Below are positions 58,145-64,000 of a DNA stretch of 64,000 nucleotides, piece by piece (the first letter of the stretch is position 1; the number at the start of each line of letters is the position of its first letter). The notes under the pieces were generated by a model. It worked only from the letters and a program-made list of their open reading frames with translations, was not told the origin of the DNA and did no database searches. A program made the translations under genes and the position numbers. Source of the stretch: Strigamia acuminata (Eukaryota). Where the stretch lies: contig OX442314.1 in NCBI GenBank assembly GCA_949358305.1, forward strand, positions 23,188,001 through 23,252,000, written 5' to 3'.

Positions 58145-60824
58145 TTAAGCTTGCTGAAATATATTTAAACAAAGGCTGCGAGGGCAACAATAGTCATGAT
58201 GACAGAGTAGAGTATAAAACCAAGTCTGTCTACAGCGCAGGCAACTAATTGCCAGTCTGATAACACAATTTTTTTGTAGCTCGTGGTTTTCGTCTTCGTC
58301 GTTCAGTAATTCCGAACTTCCAGTTGACTGAAAATTAAGAAACAAAAAGAGATCATTAGACTTTTTTTCTTTTAACTTGGTTGAATATTTGTCACAATTT
58401 TTTCAGATTTTGTGGAAATTTATTACAAATTTGTCATTTTATGGAAACTTATGAATAATTTCTCAAAATTTGTCAAATTTTATGGAAACTTATGAATAAT
58501 TTCTCAAAATTTGTCAAATTTTATGGAAACTTATGAATAATTTGTCAAAATTTATCAAAATTTCTCAAATTTCTCAAATTTTGTCAAATTTTATTGAAAA
58601 TAACCATCAAACAGAAATTTTAAAGATTTATTGAATTTTTTTGTTTAAATAATTTATAACTAAGCCCATTGATTAATCATTACAAAACCACTTGATTTTT
58701 AACAGCACAAACAAAAATTTACCGTTTTATCAGTTAGGCATACAACCGAACCGAGCCAACCCGACAAAAGATTAACAAACCAAATCGGTGGTGGAAACTC
58801 TGGCGGATTTTTATATATCGATGTAGTGGTTATGGATAGCAAGAACGTTAAGCCCGCTAAGAAAGTAGCATTTCCACTGAAGATAACTGAAAATAAAAGG
58901 TAAACACAACAAAAAAACATCACTTCAAATTTCATAGAAATCAGAACGTAATTACCGTAACCATTTTACCTATTCCAGCGACACTACTCCCACTTCGCGG
59001 CACGACCCAGAACAAGTGGACGATGAGGATAAACAAAACAGTCACATTAGCCGCAGATGTGAATAACTTGTGCTCAGCCGCGGGTGAGGTCCAGAAAGTC
59101 ACAAACGTAACAAGAACAGCAACAATCGTCGGTGTTATCAGCGCTAAATGGTAAAAAGGCATCCTGCGTTTCAACGTTATGTCAAAAAGGACGCTAGTGA
59201 AGTAAACTTTGTCATCGCCAGGATCTGGAGTGTACACGTTTCGAGTCTTATTCGACGAAATCACTTGCCATTCGTTATGCTCGTCATAGAGAGATAGTTC
59301 GAGAGGCTAAAAAAATAGGCAATTTCTTCTGTATATTTTTTATATGAAATTCTAAATTATTTACGTAAAAATCCGTGTACACTGTCAGGTTTATTTCACC
59401 ACCGAGGTCAGCCCACGGTGTAAAGATAAATTCACAAGTGTGTTGGTCGAATGGAAAAGCTTTGAGATTCATGGGGCAGATGCTTTTGAATGTACCAGGG
59501 GGCCGCCAATAGACGTTGCCATCATTTCGAATGTTTAGGAAGGTTTTAGCAACTGGCAGGATATTCGTCGATTCGGCACTGCGAAGTTTTTTGCAATTTT
59601 ACTTCTAGAAAATGATGTTTTTGAATTTCTTTTCATACTTGTTAATTAGATAAATGTCTGGTTTCCAAACGTCGTGAAAATCGACCTTCAGATAGGATAT
59701 TCCACCATAATCGGCAGCGTTCCAAACTAAATTCAAGTCCTGCCACCTCTTGACAATGAAATAATTAATTTACAAAACGTAAGTACTGGTGACGACGGGT
59801 CACTTTGTCGCCGGTCATTTCGTCGCCTTACCGGTCAAAACTCTGTTTTTTTTAACAATTCATTTTTGTGGGTCGTTTCGTCGCCGCTCCTTTCGTAGCC
59901 GGTCATTTCGTCGCCGATGGATCATTTCGTCGCCGATGGATTATTTCGTAGCCGGTCAGTTCGTCGCCGATTGGTCATTTCGTCGCCGATGGATTTAACT
60001 AACCTAGCCTAACCTAATCTAACCTAGCCTAGCCTAATCTAACCTAACCTAATCTAACCTAACCACAGGGCTGGAACGAAAAGACCAATTACATGACCAA
60101 TCCGAGACGAAATGACCAATCGGAGACGAACACCACAGGGCTGGAACCTAGGCCACGTTACGACGGAACGACGGAACGACAAATGAAAGGACCAATCGGC
60201 GACGAAACGACCAATAGACAATGCAATATCCAATCGGCGACGAAATGACCGGCTACGAACTGACCAATCGGCGACGAAATGACCGGCTACGAAATGACCA
60301 TGCAAGAAACCTAAAAAAAAACGGGGCAACACTGAAAACTGCACTCATTTCGTCGCCACTTCCGGCGACGAAATGATCGCCTACGAAACTAGGCGACGAA
60401 ATGATCTGACGTGGTACTGGTATGTTAGTACTGTTCTTTTTTAGTTGCAAATAGCGCATGGGTGCGCAATTAGAAGATAATGGTAAATAGTTAATTTACT
60501 TGAAATAGCTTAGCATTGGTTGTAAGTATTTCAGTTTTCTCATCCAGGCTGAGTATGTGATTTAAGAAGAATGCTACCCTGACATTTGTGCCCGTTTTGT
60601 GGGGTTGTTTTGGTCGTGTTTGGGTGTCAATTTTGCGATTGGTGAATAATTCTGTTCTCAACTTCTCTTCATTGCTGATTATTCCAGCTTCACCTAAATG
60701 GAATTTTTTGCAGCTGAAGTTGTTTGTAACTAAAGAGCAATTGCTTGTTTTGTTTGTTACCTGCATTTGAAGTGACAACAAACAGAGAAATAGTTAAAAC
60801 TACAAAGTGGACTATTAGATACAT
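58145..60824 (-). CDS. Divergent nAChR-like Cys-loop channel subunit, copy 1 (frameshifted last exon; possible pseudogene)
   Basis: Signal peptide MYLIVHFVVLTISLFVVTSNAG; VWKPDIYL; Cys loop SICPMNLKAFPFDQHTC; LKRRMPFY + M1-M3; +1 A at ~58287-58290 shifts M4 out of frame. Confidence 0.85.
58400..58600. repeat. Intronic ~41 bp tandem repeat
   Basis: AATTTGTCAAATTTTATGGAAACTTATGAATAATTTCTCAA about three times. Confidence 0.85.
59791..60413. mobile_element. Non-autonomous DNA transposon in an nAChR intron
   Basis: Mirrored GGTCATTTCGTCGCC subterminal arrays, central AACCT-type repeat, direct repeat GTACTGGT on both sides (59783-59790, 60414-60421). Confidence 0.82.
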
Positions 60825-61109
60825 CTTCAAGGACTTTTAAAGCACTCCCATTGTCAAAGCTATTGAAGGCAATTGAAAAAACACATCTGCTTTTGACGTG
60901 GTGATAAGAATGAAATAAGTACCCTACAGTTGTGTCCCTGTGTTTGTGGTATGGGCTTTCATACCGTATTACTCCGCTTATTGCCGCATGTCGGTATAGT
61001 GCGAGTATTACTGGCATGCTGATAAACCTCTTATTTAACGGCATGCTGGTGTAAGTGAGTTCAATTTTTTTTTTTAATTTTGAGCCCAAAACATGCTTAA
61101 AACGAGTCT

Positions 61110-61710
61110 GGGTTATTTCTTCGAATTTCACTTCTCAGACAATCATTTCGAAGACCACGTTTCTCGAATAGATCATTTCGCAGACCCATTCGACCCATTC
61201 GAGAAGTGATTGTCTGAGAATTGACCTGCATTTTCCAAATTTTGAAATGTTAAAGTAAGAAATTTCCAAATTTTGAAATGTTAAAGTAGGCAATTTTCAA
61301 TTTTTTAAATGTTAAAGTGGCAATGCCACGAATGAAGGCTAATGAAAACATGGTGCGTCTTTCAGTCATCAAGTGGCGTATTCTTGCCTCCCTTAGCAGG
61401 TCCTTACGTTTCTTGGGGGGTTCAGAACTCCTGTAACGATACTCATTTGGAATAAGTCACACTTCCAGTAAATGAGATCTGATTTCCTCTTGTCAATAAC
61501 ATAGGCATAACCATCGAGTTTGGGTTTTCCTTTGATAGTCTTTTCCATGTTAACTGCCATTGTGTGTCCGGTGCTGTTGTTGCAGCTGTTTATGCTAAGT
61601 CTGCTAAAAGCAGTTGCAATGTGTCACGTTAATGCGACGTAACTGTGCGTGGCGTCACGTTAATGCGATGAAATGACCGATTCGAGAAATGAATTTCGAA
61701 GAAATGACCC
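61110..61710. mobile_element. TIR element (MITE-like)
   Basis: GGGTTATTTCTTCGAATTTCACTTCTC ... GAGAAATGAATTTCGAAGAAATGACCC inverted termini; no TSD seen. Confidence 0.65.
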
Positions 61711-62754
61711 TTTATAAGAACTGAATGTGGGAGAAATGGAACTGCAGCAAAGGGAGTTAAAAATTACTTTTTGAAGTAAAGAGCTAAAGACTGTCGAAGA
61801 AGTGATGGGGAATCCTTAAAACGCATATTTAGATGTCAAAAATGTAGGAAATCGGCCTATATCTGACAAAAACAACTATAAAAAAACACTAAATGACAAC
61901 ACCAGGTTTTTATATTCGAATATAACACCATGGGGTGTTATATTCATATTTTTGCTCAATGTTTACAAAATTGCAATTTCTAGCAAAACTCTGTCGGTGA
62001 AAAAGTAGGTCTGTTAACTATCAATGAATTTCAGTGTAAAAAATGATTGGAATGAATGAATGAATGAATGAATTTTATTTAATTGGTAATTTTGCTGTTT
62101 GTTTGTTTTTATTCAATCAAAACACGTTAGTATAGTTTATTGGTTTGTTTTGGTAAGTAAACAAAGGTTTGCTTCTTTATTGGTTGTTTTGCCTAGTTAC
62201 ATTACAATTCTGGTGTTGTGGGCTACTTTTTTGTGCCACTACACCAGTGATCCGGCTCAACCAATTGGGAAATAGGCCAACGTTGTGTTGGTTTTGAGTA
62301 TATTTACCAAATTCCAATAACTCATACAACATTGCTAAGATCATACAGTCACAGAATATACAGAAAGTTCCAAAGGTAAGTGATTGAAAATATCTTGTAC
62401 CATATGCAGTGTATTCTGTGTAGCTCGGGCATAGTGCCGTCCGATCAGCTGTGTGGTTCCGACCTATATTTAGCAATGTTAAATCTCTTCTCCCACCCTG
62501 ACAGCTTAGTTTGGACAACTTTTTGGGATCCGTCCTATGCCCATTCTATACAGAGTTCACTATGTTACGTAGTATCAGAAGTATGTTTAGGACCATTTCA
62601 TGACCAACAGTTTTAGAAGTTCTGGTTTAGGAGATATGATTATGATTTGATTTGAGATTACAAGTGGATGTTTTTATTCGGAAATGTGTGGGAATTAAAT
62701 TTATTTTTACACATTTCTTAATTGTTTAAGTAGGTTTAGCATATTGAGATGTAT

Positions 62755-64000
62755 TTAAGCAAAGGCTACGAATGCAACAATACTCATGATGATTGCGTAG
62801 AATATAAAACCAAGTCTGTCTAAAGCGCAGGCAATTAATTGCCAGTCTGATAACACGATTTTTTTGTTGCCTGTGGTTTCATCTTCGTCGTTAAGTAATT
62901 CCGAACTTCCAGCTGACTATAAAATTAAGAAACGAAAAGAGACCATTAGACTTTTTTTTTGAATATTTGTAAAATTATTTTCAGATTTTGTGGAAATTTA
63001 TTAAAAATTTGTCAAATTTTATGGAAACTTACGAATTATTTTTCAAAATTTGCACAAATTTTACGAATTTTGTCAAAATATATTGAAAATAACCATCGAA
63101 CAAAAATTTCAGAAATTTATCGAAATTTTTATGTATAAATAATTTATAACGGAGCCCATTGATTAATCATTACAACACTAATAAAACGGGGCGGGTCATC
63201 TAGCGCGAAACAATCTTACCGCAGCACGAATTTACCGCGACTTTGGAAACTGCGACTACATATATTTTAGGTTTAATTCCTAAGAAGGGTTAACAAGGCG
63301 GGGCTGCGCCCCCACTTGACCCCCCGCGCACCTAACCTTGCTGGTTTTTTGATAAAAAACCATTTTTTTGAGCCGGCTTGTTGCGGTACATTGTGTCGCG
63401 CTAGATGTGCGCCCCCAATCAAACCAAATAATTTTTAACAGCACAAACAAAAATTTACCGTTTTATCAGGCAGGCATACAACTGAACCGAGCCAACCCGA
63501 CAAAAGATTAACAAACCAAATCGGTGGTGGAAACCCTGGCGGATTTTTATACATCGATGTAGTGGTTATGGATAGCAAGAACGTTAAGCCAGCTAAGAAA
63601 GTAGCATTTCCACTGAAGATAACTGAAAATAAAAGGTAAAAACAACAAAAAAACATCACTTCAAATTTCATAGAAATCAAAACGTAATTAACCATTTTAC
63701 CTATTCCAGCGACACTACTTCCACTTCGCGGCACGACCCAAAACAAGTGGACGATGAGGATAAACAAAACAGTCACATTAGCCGCAGATGTGAATAACTT
63801 GTGCTCAGCCGTGGGTGAGGTCCAGAAAGTCACAAACGTAACAAGAACAGCAACAATCGTCGGTGTTATCAGAGCTAAATGGTAAAAAGGCATCCTGCGT
63901 TTCAACGTTACGTCAAAAAGAACGCTAGTGAAGTAAATTTTGTCATCGCCAGGATCTGTAGTATAGATGTTTCGAGTCCTATTCGACGAGATCACTTCCC
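62755..64000 (-). CDS. Divergent nAChR-like subunit, copy 2 (3' part; intact M4)
   Basis: Nearly identical M1-M3 exons to copy 1; last exon SAGSSELLNDEDETTGNKKIVLSDWQLIACALDRLGFIFYAIIMSIVAFVAFA*. Confidence 0.88.
63188..63415. mobile_element. MITE in the last intron of nAChR copy 2, absent from copy 1
   Basis: TIRs GGGGCGGGTCATCTAGCGCGAAACAAT / ATTGTGTCGCGCTAGATGTGCGCCCC; imperfect 9-bp flanking repeat TAATAAAAC/CAATCAAAC. Confidence 0.8.

Noticed and set aside
62197..62616. Possible spliced + strand gene fragment
   Set aside because: Splice-like sites exist, but there is an upstream in-frame stop and no recognisable homology.

Overview
AT-rich, gene-dense eukaryotic window with short GT-AG introns, from an invertebrate animal that is probably a non-insect arthropod (inferred from F-spondin with a Kunitz domain, MRP1 with mutually exclusive exons, and retained MDM2 and CARF). 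Gene order: CrebA/CREB3L (-, runs off the left edge), CARF (-), MDM2/MDM4-like (+), AT-hook/C2H2 zinc-finger gene (-), two convergent RERG/RASL-like GTPases, F-spondin (-), ZFC3H1 (-), ABCC1/MRP1 (-), a ~5 kb rearranged interval (LTR-element remnant, hAT MITE, intron-containing fragments of neighbouring genes, an orphan ORF), acetyl-CoA carboxylase (-), SAMTOR/BMT2 (+) and two tandem divergent nAChR-like subunits (-). Main findings: (1) an LTR remnant arranged PPT-LTR-PBS that carries both halves of tRNA-Pro; (2) a zero-spacer p53/p63-type element in the CARF/MDM2 shared promoter; (3) twin 147-nt MRP1 exons with a long-range intronic RNA duplex; (4) a patchwork of locally copied ACC/ZFC3H1/MRP1 fragments; (5) a frameshift that removes M4 from one nAChR paralogue. 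Everything was read by eye and no searches were run, so exon edges and family calls need confirmation.
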